From the NCBI RefSeq assembly GCF_004010195.1, contig NC_057718.1, forward strand, positions 28,959,792-29,023,791: 64,000 nucleotides of DNA, given 5' to 3'. The notes under the pieces are model-generated. The model worked only from the letters and a program-made list of their open reading frames with translations. It had not been told where the DNA came from and searched no databases. The first letter of the stretch is position 1, and each line of letters starts with the position of its first letter. Positions 11,126-24,548 of this stretch are shown one piece after another. The position numbers and the translations under genes were made by a program. The DNA comes from Chiloscyllium plagiosum (Eukaryota).

Positions 11126-11919
11126 GAAACGTGTCTCTGGGACTGACCTATATGAGATAGCACACATTAACTCGCTCTACCACAGACTCTTCTCAAAGCA
11201 TTCAGTTCCTTAAAGAGAGAACCAATCAGCTAATCTCCAAAAACACAGAAGTATGGAAATTTCACTTTGGACACTGTATGTAATGAGGTTCCATATTATT
11301 ATTTTAACATTAATGATGTTTACTATTTAATACAACAGCTTCAGCTGACAGGTGGTGAACACTCAGCCCAGCTTCACAATAATTTATCTCCCACGATATC
11401 TGACCAAATGCTTTTTCGTACGCTAGTACCCTTCATTCCTATTTGAAAACAATACTTTATAACTCCATTTGCTGCAGAGGTTAATTGTTGCTAAAAGTGC
11501 ATTCTTCTAATGATAATTCTGATGATTCTCATGATTGACTTATCAACCAATGGAAATGAAATCTTTATATTCTCCAATTTCTTTGTAATTTTGAAAACTC
11601 TTAAGCGCTTCTTTCTTTCCAGTAGTAAAAGTTCAATTTTATTCAAACCACAAGAGGCTAGTGGAATGCAAAAGGCCAGATGTGAATAAAGTTCTGCTTT
11701 AGTGGGGTGATTAGAACTAAGTATTTTACTGCACTTGTTTTTCAATCTGTTTTCAATTTTCTTTATTTTAGTTCTTCAATACAAAGGACATTTTAGGAGC
11801 TATTTATTTAGTGCCTTAACTGTAAGCCAGCTTGAAGTAGTAATAGGTAATTGCTTACAGAACAGATGTGAATTTCTGCTCTTGGATTGTTTTTTAAACA
11901 AGGATAAGAAAGTGGACCA

Positions 11920-12290
11920 GCAGTAGGCCATTCAGCCCCTTGAGTACGTCTCACTAACCAATAAGATTATGGTTGATCTTATAGTTCAGATACACACTCC
12001 CAGACCACCTTGTTATTCCTTGATCTCATTCTGTCCAAAAATCTGTCAAACTGACGTGAACCTACTCAACAATTCCATTCACAACCTAAGTGGCACAGAA
12101 TTCCTAAGGTTTACAACATTGTGTATGAATAAATTCCTCTTCATCTTGGTCATACATTCTAAGGCTGTGATGATTAGTTCTAGGCTTCATAGCCAGAGGA
12201 AACATCTGCCCAGAATCTACCATATCAAGCTTCTCAAACATTTTAAGTGTTTCAATTAGATTACCTCTCATTCCTCTAAATCTCAGAGAA
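11920..12290 (-). mobile_element. CR1 LINE 3' fragment
   Basis: agcagtaggccattcagccc...attatggttgatct is the reverse complement of the CR1 tail at 63310-63370. Confidence 0.7.
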
Positions 12291-12749
12291 AACAGAAGGT
12301 TCCACTGTATTCATGCTTTTTTCAAAGGATAATACCTTCATGGGTCCCCCAAGAAATCACTTATTTATTTAACTAGTTCATTTTGCATTGTGCCTAACTT
12401 AGAACTGGTTGCAAATATACCTTCTGTTACCTTTTCCTTTCAAAAGTCAATTCAATACCAAACAAACCTACACCAGCGACTGACCAGTCCACCAGGAGAG
12501 GGATGATTTGTGCCCTAAACTAGCAACTTTCACATTCTGTTGTGCTGCTTTAATCTATGTAAAAAAAAGGTCCTTCTTTTAATCTTATATAAAGCTGATA
12601 CCCCAAATCCACCCTATTCAAGCAGATTCCACATGCCTATCCTTGGAATCAGTCTCTGAACCTCGAATTCATTCCTTCCAAACCAACTATATCCCTCCTT
12701 CGGTCAGAGACAAAAACTGCACACAGTATTGCAGACATAGTGTGACATC

Positions 12750-13560
12750 ATCTGTGAGATTTGTATATATTTTAATATTTAGTTTTGAGTTTGGATTTTT
12801 GAATTTGAATTGGTGGTAGATGAGTTTTCTGTATGCCTGTAGGGGTCTAACTTGTAAGTATTTATGTATCCATGGTAAACTCAGTTATAACAGTGTGAGA
12901 AGATGACTTCCTGGGGAGTACTCAGTTTGTGTTTACATTGGAGACTTTACAATGAACTATGTAAACAGCAGTAGTGCATTATGCTTCCAGATAAAAAAAA
13001 TTCTGGAACTTTTTGGGCTTAAGGGAACATAAAAAAAACTTTTTTAGTTTCAGTTTGAACTGTTCTGTAAGCTTCTTAGCTGAGGTTGGATGCGTAAAGC
13101 ATTTGCTCCAGAGAATGAAAGAAAATAATTCAGAATTGTTAAAAAAAATTACCTCAGCGTAAAGAGTTTAGTCCTCATGATACGTACCAGAACTCTGATA
13201 AATGTTTGTGCTTATTTATATAATGAATCAAGGAAGGGGCTACCTGATTCTCATGACTGGGAACTGAAGCTATAGCTAAGTCATAAGCTCCTTAGGACAG
13301 AGACGAGAACTCTCTCTGGCATTTGAAAACTGTAATGGGATGCTGGAGTTGGAGTGAATATTTACCAACTGTTTCAGAATCTTTTAATGTGTAAAAGTTT
13401 CATTTATTGTATTTTTCTTTTATATTTTTCGTATTTCATTTTCCATTCAATCGTTCATTGAGAGATCACTTAATTAAAATCAAAGCAAAAACAAAATATG
13501 ATCTATCAGCCAAAATTCAGCCTGCGATCTAACTTGTCTAGCAATAGCATCAGCTCATCT
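12750..13560 (+). mobile_element. Possible solo LTR inserted in a CR1 fragment
   Basis: Begins near tgtga; CR1-like sequence stops near 12745 and resumes near 13580; termini are degenerate. Confidence 0.4.
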
Positions 13561-13814
13561 CATTGTGCAGTCTTCACTGTTAAACTAACATGCTTTTGTA
13601 ATGAAGGTTAACACATTTTGCCTTTGTTTGCTGTAGCTGCTGCATGGTAACTGTCTTTGACTCATATACAAAAAACATTTAGATCCCTGAATACCAAACC
13701 TTTCCACTCTCTTGCTCCTTTAACAAATAAAGTACAGATATACTTTTCTTACCAAACTGGATAATGTCAGATAATATCCATCTTGTCCACTAATTTCAGT
13801 TTTGTCCACTAATT

Positions 13815-15227
13815 AGTCATAGTCATAGAGTCATAGAGATGTACAGCATGGAAACAGACCCTTTGGTCCAACCCGTCCACGCCGACCAGATATCCCAACC
13901 CAATCTAGTCCCACCTGCCAGCACCCGGCCCATATCCCTCCAAACCCTTCCTATTCATATACCCCTCAAAATGCCTCTTAAATGTTGCAATTGTACCAGC
14001 CTCCACCACATCCTCTGGCAGCTCATTCCATACATGTACCACCCTCTGCGTGAAAACGTTGTNNNNNNNNNNNNNNNNNNNNNNNNNNNNNNNNNNNNNN
14101 NNNNNNNNNNNNNNNNNNNNNNNNNNNNNNNNNNNNNNNNNNNNNNNNNNNNNNNNNNNNNNNNNNNNNNNNNNNNNNNNNNNNNNNNNNNNNNNNNNNN
14201 NNNNNNNNNNNNNNNNNNNNNNNNNNNNNNNNNNNNNNNNNNNNNNNNNNNNNNNNNNNNNNNNNNNNNNNNNNNNNNNNNNNNNNNNNNNNNNNNNNNN
14301 NNNNNNNNNNNNNNNNNNNNNNNNNNNNNNNNNNNNNNNNNNNNNNNNNNNNNNNNNNNNNNNNNNNNNNNNNNNNNNNNNNNNNNNNNNNNNNNNNNNN
14401 NNNNNNNNNNNNNNNNNNNNNNNNNNNNNNNNNNNNNNNNNNNNNNNNNNNNNNNNNNNNNNNNNNNNNNNNNNNNNNNNNNNNNNNNNNNNNNNNNNNN
14501 NNNNNNNNNNNNNNNNNNNNNNNNNNNNNNNNNNNNNNNNNNNNNNNNNNNNNNNNNNNNNNNNNNNNNNNNNNNNNNNNNNNNNNNNNNNNNNNNNNNN
14601 NNNNNNNNNNNNNNNNNNNNNNNNNNNNNNNNNNNNNNNNNNNNNNNNNNNNNNNNNNNNNNNNNNNNNNNNNNNNNNNNNNNNNNNNNNNNNNNNNNNN
14701 NNNNNNNNNNNNNNNNNNNNNNNNNNNNNNNNNNNNNNNNNNNNNNNNNNNNNNNNNNNNNNNNNNNNNNNNNNNNNNNNNNNNNNNNNNNNNNNNNNNN
14801 AACCCTCCACCACCACCCTCTGTCTTCTACCTTTGAGCCAGTTCTGTATCCAAATGGCTAGTTCTCCCTGTATTCCATGAGATCTAACCTTGCTAATCAG
14901 TCTCCCATGGGGAACCTTGTCGAACACCTTACTGAAGTCCATATAGATCATATCTACTGCTCTGCCCTTATCAATCTTCTTTGTTACTTCATCAAAAAAC
15001 TCAATCAAGTTTGTGAGACATGATTTCCCACGCACAAAGCCACGTTGACTATCCAGAATCAGTCCTTGCCTTTTCAAATACATGTACATCCTGTCCCTCA
15101 GGATTCCCTCCAACAACTTGCCAACCACCGAGGTCAAGCTCACTGGTCTATAGTTCCCTAGCTTGTCCTTACCACCCTTCTTAAACAGTGGCACCACGTT
15201 TGCCAACCTCCAGTCTTCCGGCACTTC
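13815..15227 (-). mobile_element. Young CR1 (HER1-like) LINE, 5' truncated, RT region
   Basis: PEDWRLANVVPLFKKG..NYRPVSLTSVVGKLLE..YMDFSKVFDKVPH; 3' end with (ctatga)n-like tail. Confidence 0.93.
14063..14800. other. Assembly gap
   Basis: Run of N. Confidence 1.
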
Positions 15228-16249
15228 ATCTTTATCTTATCAAAATCTGTGTGTCTACCTCTCTGCCTAACTTTGTGACAATTCCACCTCAGGGTAAAGC
15301 TGTAGCAGCCTTACTGTTGGTTGTCAGGATATGACAGCTATAATGCGAAGTCATCAAATGCTTAGGTGTATATCCCTTACCCAACTGAGAAGATGAGGCT
15401 GTGATGGAAAGAGCCTTGTTACATTAAGTATTGTCGAGCTCTTTGTTCACAATGTAGCACATGCAAACTTAATGCGTGCTTCATGATTGCATGTTTGAAT
15501 TGGAATGTTGACTTCCAGATTAACTGTGAATTGAAGGCAGAAGGCTAGCTTTGCAAATCGCTTATGTAATAATGAGTAGTGGCCACTTTAAAGCATTCAT
15601 ATTCTAGTGATAATTTTTTAAAATTAACTTACTCAAATGCGTTATGACGCATCTTTGTGGCCCTTTGTAGAACTTGAAGCTGGCCCTTCTTACCAAAAGC
15701 TAGGGTTACTACCGATGTGCCACAAAGGTCCCCACATTCTATTATTACACACTGCCCTCTTAGAAAGAAACAGTATCTCCTCTTTTTAAGTGCTCGCTAC
15801 AATTTCAGATATTACTGCACAGTTGATCTTAAGGTCAACGTAGTGAGTCCCAATTCTGCGTTTGTATCACTGGCAGGCTCCACCTACAACCTACAGTTTA
15901 GCTCCATTCTTCATGTCTTTTCTTCCGTTGCCTATTGTGTGACACCAATGAGACTTCACTCTTCCCTCATTTTGGTCCAGATTCTTTACATTATAATTAA
16001 TATGTCCTCTTTACCCCCATGAGCCCATGGCTCTCGAGGTTCCTAGGCCTTTGTTGGCTATGCACCCTCCCCATGTAGAGACCAGAGTGGCCACAACTTG
16101 TCTGAACCTTTGAGATTGTGCAGTCCCCTTGAAATAATACATTGCCAGATCCTACCTTGCTATCTTCAATTAGCCCCTAACACTGTGACCATTCCCTCAG
16201 AGACCCAACACAACAAAGCCAATCCTCAGACTCGAGTTGCCTGTGGCCT

Positions 16250-16900
16250 TGACAATGCCACGGACTGACCCCTGAAAAGCTCCTGAATTATGACATACCC
16301 AGTACCGCCCACTTACTTTCCAATAGCTGACTGACCCTGGATGGAGCTGAAAGGAACAGCCCTGAGGCACTGCAGCCCACACCAAACAGTCCCTCAGTTG
16401 TGCAGTTACTAGAAGGTTCTGCATATGCCGATCAATGTACCGACACTGTTCCTGCACAAATTGTTGTTGTAGGTAACACATCTGACGCTGATGCAGTGCC
16501 ATACAGTACAGCATCATGTTCACTTACTTTTAGTCTTTTACATTACATTTTACCTGTGTCCAAGAACCAGAAGCTTCCTGTCCCTCCCTCAATGGTCAGC
16601 CACCATTTCTAAGCTCATAGTTGCCTGGCTATTCATCTGTACTAAAGCAATAGCTAAAAGCCAGAAGTGCCTGACTTCCTGTCTACAAGTGCTACCACTC
16701 TAAGCCAAGAAGATCAGGCTCTTCCTGTTTAAAAATGCTACACCCAAGTGAATACGTAATGCCTGAGCTTTCCTGCTAACAAACACCTTGATATTGAGGC
16801 TGATGCATTGGTCTTGCTCAGGTGTGACGATGGAGGGTCCAGAAAGACCAGTCCATTGAGCCTGGAGGCACCTATTGCAGTTGAAATGGTTCCAAGTAAA
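16250..16900 (-). mobile_element. Possible highly decayed PIF/Harbinger transposase
   Basis: Faint motifs in the expected order: VFVSRK (cf. FxNRKG), then LRDCL...FQLHPGSVS...VCHN (cf. RFRCL...LQYxPxxV...LHN). Confidence 0.3.
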
Positions 16901-16925
16901 GGAAGATGGCTGGTACAACAATAAA

Positions 16926-17047
16926 TTCGGTTAGACACAAACAGACTGCAGATGCTGGAATCCAAAGTAGTCAAGCAGGAGGCTGGAAGACATCTGCACC
17001 TCCTGATGTTGCCTGGTTTGCTGTGTTCTTCCAGCTTCCTGCCTGTC
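16926..17047. mobile_element. PLE-derived mini-element
   Basis: 12-bp TSD tacaacaataaa (16914-16925, 17048-17059); internal inverted arms agcaggaggctggaaga / tcttccagcttcctgcct. Confidence 0.8.
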
Positions 17048-17789
17048 TACAACAATAAACTCACCAGGACATATCAACGAGTAGCCAATTTTACAAGTAC
17101 CTTCTTCTGTTCTAGTGTCAAGTTTCTAAAGGGATGAGTTTCTTGATTGGAAGAAATTAATCAAGAAGCAGAAGTGAACAGGGGAACCTGTGATCTCAAT
17201 GAGATGCACATGCAGGCATATATCTTCTTGCTACATTATGGCAAGATTGTGATCTCACCATCTCAGAAAAGAGAACTTATTTTCTCAACAACCATTTTTT
17301 TTGATTGAATAATAGTGACCTTGTTTGTGTCTCATCGACTGGCTTGGATCCGTATTGAAATTAATGGCGGAGGTCAGACGCCGAAAGGTGAAGATTAGAA
17401 ATGAAGAGTATTTTTTCAGATAGAAGATTGTAATTGGAATTACTTTGGAGATGAATGATGGAAACCAAGCACGAAGTGTTGGGAAATGACTTTCTACCAA
17501 TATTTTGTCAACCTGGATTTTACAGTCAACGGACAAATGAAGTGGCGAGATGAACACAGGTTATGGAAAAAGCAAGATATGACCTCGGCACTTCCTATTG
17601 GAAGCAAAATCAGATGTAAAGCATTCTTTCAGCTGGAGGCTCACCAATTGGACAATGAGGAAGGTGTAGATAATCCATTAAGATGTACAAGAAATTTATA
17701 AGAAAAATGATCTCTGACAATTTAGAAAGGAGGATGGATATTCTATAATAGTATATATAATGGAATTTAACAAACTTACAATTATAATA

Positions 17790-17950
17790 TCTGTATTGAA
17801 AATGCATCTGGATGAGCATATGATTGGAAGGATTTAGAGGGATATGGGCTAAGTGTTGGCAAACGGGACTAGGTTAGTTCAGGATATCTGGTCGGCATGG
17901 ACGAGTTGGACCGGAGCGTCTGTTTCCATGCTGTACATCTCAATGACTCT
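17790..17950 (+). mobile_element. CR1 3' end inserted in copia gag
   Basis: ggtcggcatggacgagttggacc...gtttccatgctgtacatctcaatgactct tail. Confidence 0.85.
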
Positions 17951-17997
17951 AAACTATATGTAAGTTTGCAAAAATGCCAGAGATTCCTGATTCAATT

Positions 17998-18265
17998 TGA
18001 AATTAGATTAGATTCCCTACAGTGTGAAAACAGGTCCTTTGGCCCAACCAGTCCACACCGACCCTCCGAACGGTAACCCACCCAGATCTGTCTTCTTCTG
18101 ACTAATGCACCTTGCACAATGAGCAATTTAGCATGGCCAATTCACCTGGCCTGCACATCTTTGGACTGTGGGAGGAATTCCACGCAGACACAGGGAGAAT
18201 GTGCAAACTCCACACAGATAGTCACCCGAGGCTGGAACTGAACCTGGGACCCACCGTGCCGCCCC
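17998..18265 (-). mobile_element. HE1-like SINE
   Basis: Matches 33281-33581; (tagat)n tail. Confidence 0.88.
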
Positions 18266-18972
18266 AAATCATCCATCTTCCACATGTTAAAATTCCTACT
18301 AAAAGTTACAGGAGTAAGGAATGATGAGTACATTAAACCTCTACAAGAGATCAGTGATAAACATGATATATATAAAAAAGTGAAGTGTTAAACTGTGCTT
18401 ACTGCATAAATTGGATAGACTGCTAATAGTAACTGGAGTTAGAGTTTCAAAAAGAAATGCCTTTGGAACAGATGTCTAAAGCTTTAAAATATTTCCTGGA
18501 TAAACATTAATTTCCGGAAATGTTCTTAGCTTAAATGGGACATTCAGAAGTAACACAAAGAGTGAATGATTCAATAGTAATGGCAAAATCAGACTGCTTA
18601 GATACAAGCCAAAGAATTAATGTGAAAGGAAAATCATAACTAAAAGGCATGTGGATAGTGATACCTCTGAAAATTATAACTGACAATAGTCACTGAGGAG
18701 CTATAACAGAAGAACGAGCCCAGGAATGCCTGGGGTATGGTCGACAGGAATTTTAGATAATTATGTAATAAGTTATCTTAAACATAATAGCAAGGTTTTT
18801 GAAATAATAGAGAACACAGAAGATTCAGAAGTAGAAGATGGTGGGACTGATCAAGCATAGGGAATTGCACGAGTTAAAAGCATCTCTAGACCAGGAATGA
18901 ATGTTCTAGCTGCAGAACCATCCAATTCCTCTATACTGAACAGTGTTGGAATATGTGGAGTGGATTGATTAA

Positions 18973-19159
18973 TGTGTTAATGGAAAAGCGCAGCAGGTCA
19001 GGCAGCATCCAAGGAGCAGGAGAATCGACGTTTCGAGCATAAGCATATGCCTGAAACATCAATTCTCCTGCTCCTTTGATGCTGCCTGACCTGCTGCGCT
19101 TTTCCAGCAACACATTTTTCAGCTCTGATCTCCAGCATCTGCAGTCCTCACTTTCTCCT
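18973..19159. mobile_element. Palindromic PLE-derived mini-element, family A
   Basis: Perfect 14-bp TSD agtggattgattaa (18959-18972, 19160-19173); inverted arms. Confidence 0.92.
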
Positions 19160-21039
19160 AGTGGATTGATTAAACAATGAAGACCAAAGTAATGGTAAGG
19201 AATTTGAACATTCTACCTGCTTCAGATTTGGGGATGACAATATTCTGAAATTATTAAAAGAACTGGTGATTCCTGCAGCTTAACTAGGATAAAGTACTAT
19301 ATCTATACACATCAAGTATCAACCGAAACATCCTCAATGTTGAGAAGGCATTTATGAAAAAGATTCTGTGAAACTGGACATGAAGCATGATAAGACAATT
19401 GTCTTTGTCAGTGGATTTACAGTTTACACAATCTGGACATTATTGTAGTCCTTGAACAAGACCTAATTTCACTATTCATCTAAGGAGAGGTTACTCACAT
19501 CAGAAGATGAGGCATTTAAAGGAAAATAGGCTAATTAATTTAAAACTACATTGGCAGTGTGCCCATCTTTCATAGATTATAAGTCCAACTAAATGTTGCA
19601 GGAATAAGGGAGGATGAGTACATTAACCTTCTAGAAAAGATCAGTGATAAATGGAATATATGTGAAAATATATGAGGATTCAATCACAGCCCATAGTGAG
19701 TCTCCCATTTGAAAGAAACTTTAACAAAGTTGTAGCAATAGACTTGAAGGTGTGGGATAAGGGGAAAAAAACCTTGTACTTCATTGACATGGCAACTAGA
19801 TTTAGTCAGCCTTTAAAAATGAGAAAACACTAATAGTGGACAAGATAATGGAGAAATGGGTAGCGACTGGACTGGGGGTGTTGGTTAAATTCCTAACTGA
19901 CAATGAGGCAGGTTTTGCCAATGCTGGATTGAGAGATAAATGTGAAAGGTTGAACACTATGGTAATGAACAGGACAGAAAACAATCCTTTCAGTGATGGA
20001 GTGGATGTAAGAATTTGTTGTATACACCGAATACCAGATAGGGGACAGCAACTTCTCTTACAGATGGATAAACACAGAAAGAAAATGCTCCCTGAATGAA
20101 CAGAAAAGGCTTAAGCTGGATTAGTGGGTCAGGGTTTTGAAATGAAACCTGGTGATCAAGAGTGGATTCCCCGACTGCAGGAACAGTGATCTTGAAGATC
20201 TTCTGAGCTCTCGACAATACTCCTAGACATGCAAGTCAATTGACATAAAAGCAGTACTTTCATCAGCATGAAGAATTCCAAAGGGAAGTATTTCTGAAAC
20301 CAGCTAAAGGAGGAGGTCATATAAGAGGAAAGCTCTTATGGAAGTCAAACAAATGTGTTCATGGGTTGAATGATGTAGCAAGGAGTGTAAAGTATTTCTC
20401 TGTTAGGTCCAACTTTATTGAAAGTGGGGTTCTTTCAGCTTATGTAAAGCAGATCTAAAGTATGTTCTATTAGTATCACAAAGAGAAACTGTCGGGTGTT
20501 TAAATGATATATATCAATGACATTATGTGCGAGATTCTACGGAATTAGAGAGATATGTGATAAGTAAATACAAATTTAAATTTGGAATTTTAAGTCTTTG
20601 AGAGCCTTTAAGTATATATGGTTACACCCAATAAGTAGAATAAATCAAGAGTGACCTTGAATCAACAGACTTACTTGGAAAGGAATCGGGCCAGGTCTAC
20701 ACAGAAGTATGATATCACATAGAAGAAAGAAATAGACCAGTTCAGAAAAGGTTTCACCGGACAGTTAAACTGATTATGCACACAAACTAGGCCAAATGCC
20801 AGTTATGATACAGTGGAACTGATTACTGTGATGAAACAGGGTACTGTTGAGGAAGTCCTGAAAGGAAATAAAACATTATGAAAAATAAATACAGAAAAGT
20901 GCACATTCAAGTTTCCAGCCTTGTGTGACCCAGAAGATATGAAGCTTAGTTCCTTTTTGAGATGCTTCACATACCAATCTTCCAGATGGTGATTCAAGTA
21001 TAGCAGGGTTTAACATACTCTTGATGGGAAAGAACAATT

Positions 21040-21160
21040 AATAAGAACTGAAAGTGCTGGAGAAACTCAGCAGGTCTGGTAGCATCTGTGGAGAAACAGA
21101 TTTAAATGTTTCATGACCAATATGACTTCTACAGAACTGAAGACTGTAAGTATTTTGTTT
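21040..21160 (-). mobile_element. PLE-derived fragment
   Basis: gtgctggagaaactcagcaggtctggtagcatctgtgg motif shared with other copies. Confidence 0.6.
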
Positions 21161-22916
21161 TAATTAGACATAAGATTTTTGGAAAGTCTTTAAGTTGGAG
21201 AAGAATTTTACCTTATAGTGCTTCTACCTCCGTAAAAAACATTTACACTGGTGAGAGATGTCAGTCTACAGACTCTTATTTAGAAGATGTCTTCATGTCT
21301 GCTGGCATTGACATCTATTACTAATGCAGCCACAGTTACAGCAATACTATGACTGAATTTGTTGGAGGTTAGACCAGAAGAGATCAATGGCTACATCCAT
21401 GTTGAAAGATTAATATTGATGCCAATACAATATTTATATTCAAACCACATAATTTCTCAGGAAAATTTATTGTCAATCATAGCCTCCCTGGAGAAAAATG
21501 GTTAGAAAATTTCCTTCTTGAATCATCAAATCAAGCAACCCTGATTCAATGTCATTAATAGCTTTTAAAAATAACAAACAGGGTTGTGGAATTCAATTCC
21601 CAAAGCATCAGCAAAAATGTCAAAGTATTATTCGGTAAAAAATTGAATGTGATTAATTCAATTACTGCAAATTATGTAGTGATTTTATCCCCTACATAGA
21701 ATAAAATCTCTATTATTACAAAATATTAAACAATTTTATTGTACAGATTTCTTAATACGTACAAATGCATGACTAAATAAACTTGTTATGATGATAGTGT
21801 AAGACATTCCTTCTGAAACAGCTGTTAAAATCAGCAATTTTGAGGCCACCATTGCAATGAAAAAGACAGAATATTACACATGTCCAAATACGGTCTTGGT
21901 AGAGCCTGCATGTTCCTGGTCTTTGCAACAGATACAAATGAGTAAAAATGTTGCATTGCAATTGGCTGACAATCCTAACTTGTTCCTTATAGTCCTGGGA
22001 GAATCAGAAGGTGCAAGAAGTTAATACAATAATTATGCAAAAATATTTTAATAGGAGTTGTTCTGACCTAGTGCTCTACTATATCAAATTGTTAACTGGG
22101 TGGATTTTACTTTTGGAGACTATACTCATACATCAAAATCACTGAATGGCTAATCCCATACGTACAAATCTAATGATACCTGTTGTCTGTGCATTTTCAC
22201 AGCTTACCAGTTAGCACAGGTGCCTGCTGTTACTGGCGAACCTCTAGTAAGTGTAATTCAGATGCTCCCCTATTATTTAGTGGTAGCTATATACCTGACA
22301 CTAAAGCAGAAAATGAATCTGAAATAAAACCCTGTACTTTTCTTATATTGCATTTATGTTGCAGTACTCTTAGCAACATAAACTAGTGGCAAAATGATTG
22401 ATCGTCATTGCTATAAGAGATGGTTAACAAACTGAGTGACCATCATTCACTTCAGTTGATGGAAAATGGCATATGTTTTCAGAAAATAGTTCAAGTCTCA
22501 CTATCCCAGTGAGGAAGGAGCATTCTAGATGGTGCCCAACTGAACATGGATGGAACTTAAAGATAGCGTCAAACTGGTAGAAAAAGAACACAGAAAGTGG
22601 CTAGTATTAGTGATAAACAAGAGGAGTGGGAAAGTTTTAAAAACCAACAAATGATGAGCATAATAAAAGGAGAAAACAAACTATAAAGGTAAACCAGCAA
22701 GAAATATAAAAGCAGGTAGTAAGAAATATATAAATACATAAATTGAAGAGAGAGGTTAAAGTGAACATACATCCTTTCGAGAATGAGGCTGGGGAAATAA
22801 TAATGGGTAACAGGAGTTAAATAAATAATCGGTCTACATGATAGAAGACACTAATGGCATTCCAAAAATACTAAATCAAGGGGCAAGAGGTAGGGAGGGA
22901 ATAAACATAATATCAA

Positions 22917-23123
22917 TGAAATAACTCCAGAGGCTGGTATCCCGTCACCAAGTCACCCTTTATTTACACATCCATTGTACTCGACACTGTTCTAGCTTCC
23001 TCAGAGTCAGCTCTCAGAGTGAATGGAATCTCTGACGCTCTTGTTTATATGTTAGCCAGGGGATTAACAGCCCCAATCAGGGAACTCCTATTCTATGAGG
23101 TCCATCTAGCTGACCTCATTACA
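22917..23123 (-). mobile_element. Solo LTR
   Basis: TG...CA termini, minus-strand AATAAA, degenerate 5-bp flanks atcaa/attac; homologous to 43721-43947. Confidence 0.75.
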
Positions 23124-24259
23124 ATTACTTCAAAAACCAAATGTACTAGGGAAATTAGTACAGTTAAAGGCCAATAAATCCTCTGAACTTGATGGGTGCA
23201 TTCTAACTTACTAAAGGAAGTTGCTATAGTGATAGTGAATGCACGGATAGTGATCTTCCAAGAATTCTTAGATTCTGAAAAAGTTTCATATGTTTGGAAA
23301 ACTGTCATTCCAACATCCTATTCAAAAGGGAGGAAGACAAGAAACAGCAAATTATAGGTAAGTTATATTAATATCCTGTTTTGGAAAAATACAAGAAACT
23401 ATTAAAAAATGTAGTAACGGAGAATTTAGAAATACATAACATAATAGAGTAGAGTCAGCATGGCAACATATCAGACAAATCTTTTACAACTTTTGGAGGA
23501 GATAATATGCAGGATAGATAACAGGTTAACTAGTAAATGTAAAATATATATTTCCAAAAGGCACTTGATAAGATACTGTACATAAGGCTACTTAATAAGA
23601 TTTGAGCCCATGGCATTGGGATTATTATAGTAGCATAGTTAGAGGATTGGCCAACTAACAGAAACAGTGTAGGGAGCATTTTCAGGATGGCAGCCTGTAA
23701 TCAGTGAAGTGCCAAACAGATCAATGCCTGGGCCACAATTATTTACAATATTTGAGAGAATAATTTGGATGACCTGAGTGAATTTACTATCGTGAAGTTT
23801 GTGACTGACAAGAGTATGTGAGAAGACAGGTGGTGAGGATGACACCAAGAGCCTACAGAGGGATATGGATAGGATAAGTGAGTGGGTCAAAAGAAAAACT
23901 CAGTGGACAGAATTTTATGTGGGAAAATGTTAGGTTTGGTAGGAAGAATAAAGAAGCTGAATATTACTTAAATAGAGAAAGACTGCAGAAAGCTACAGCA
24001 CAGAGATTTGTGCATAAATCACAAAAAAAACTAGTTCCAGGTTCAGTGGGTAATAGGGAAGGCAAATGGACTGTTGGCTTTTGTTTCAAAGGGCCTAGAG
24101 CTGTAAAATAGGCAAGTCTTACAACACAGAGCATTAGTCAGACCACATGCAGAATACCTTGTTCAGTTTTGGTCTCCTTATCGATGTAAAGATGTAATGG
24201 CATTGCAGGCAGTCTAGAGAAGGTTCACGCAGTTAATCCTGGGCATGCAGGGACTGACT

Positions 24260-24548
24260 ATTTTTATTAATGCAGAAGTATTATCATACGCAGCCGAGTG
24301 ACCTTCCCACCATCAAATCACCATGACATTTTTTGTTGTTTTTAAACCACTAACTACCACCAGGAAAACACCCATGCAGCCAACTGAATATTTACAAAGA
24401 CAATTTATGGGCAATGCAAACTGTTAAAGGTGATGGGGATAGGGAGAGCAGGAAGGGATGAAATGAGAATGGATTTGGATAGGGAAATAAAGCATGGCAT
24501 GTCCCGTAGTGTCCACCTCTTTCTAAAGGCATTGACAGCTTTAGGAGA
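24260..24548 (-). mobile_element. Tx1/L1-like 3' fragment inserted in CR1
   Basis: Minus strand ends AATAAAAA; reads VNAFRKRWTLRDMPC; CR1 resumes afterwards. Confidence 0.45.

Larger units (their letters stand above)
17440..21030 (+). mobile_element. Decayed Ty1/copia LTR retrotransposon internal region (gag-PR-INT-RT-RH)
   Basis: INT: KLHWQCAHLS, FNKVVAIDLKVWD, FIDMATRFS, FLTDN. Then RT: SIDIKA, REVFLKP, WKSNKCVHGLNDVAR, GQLN*LCTQTRP. Then RH: DASH.NLPDG. INT precedes RT. Confidence 0.85.

Noticed and set aside
13839..15224. Long ORFs of 276-439 aa
   Set aside because: Length comes from the N gap; the real parts are CR1 RT.
17360..17390. Primer-binding site and LTR of the copia element
   Set aside because: tggcggaggtc could not be matched to a tRNA 3' end with confidence and no second LTR was found.
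21760..21995. Minus-strand coding exon with AG/GT boundaries
   Set aside because: No single frame stays open between the sites and no protein family is recognised.
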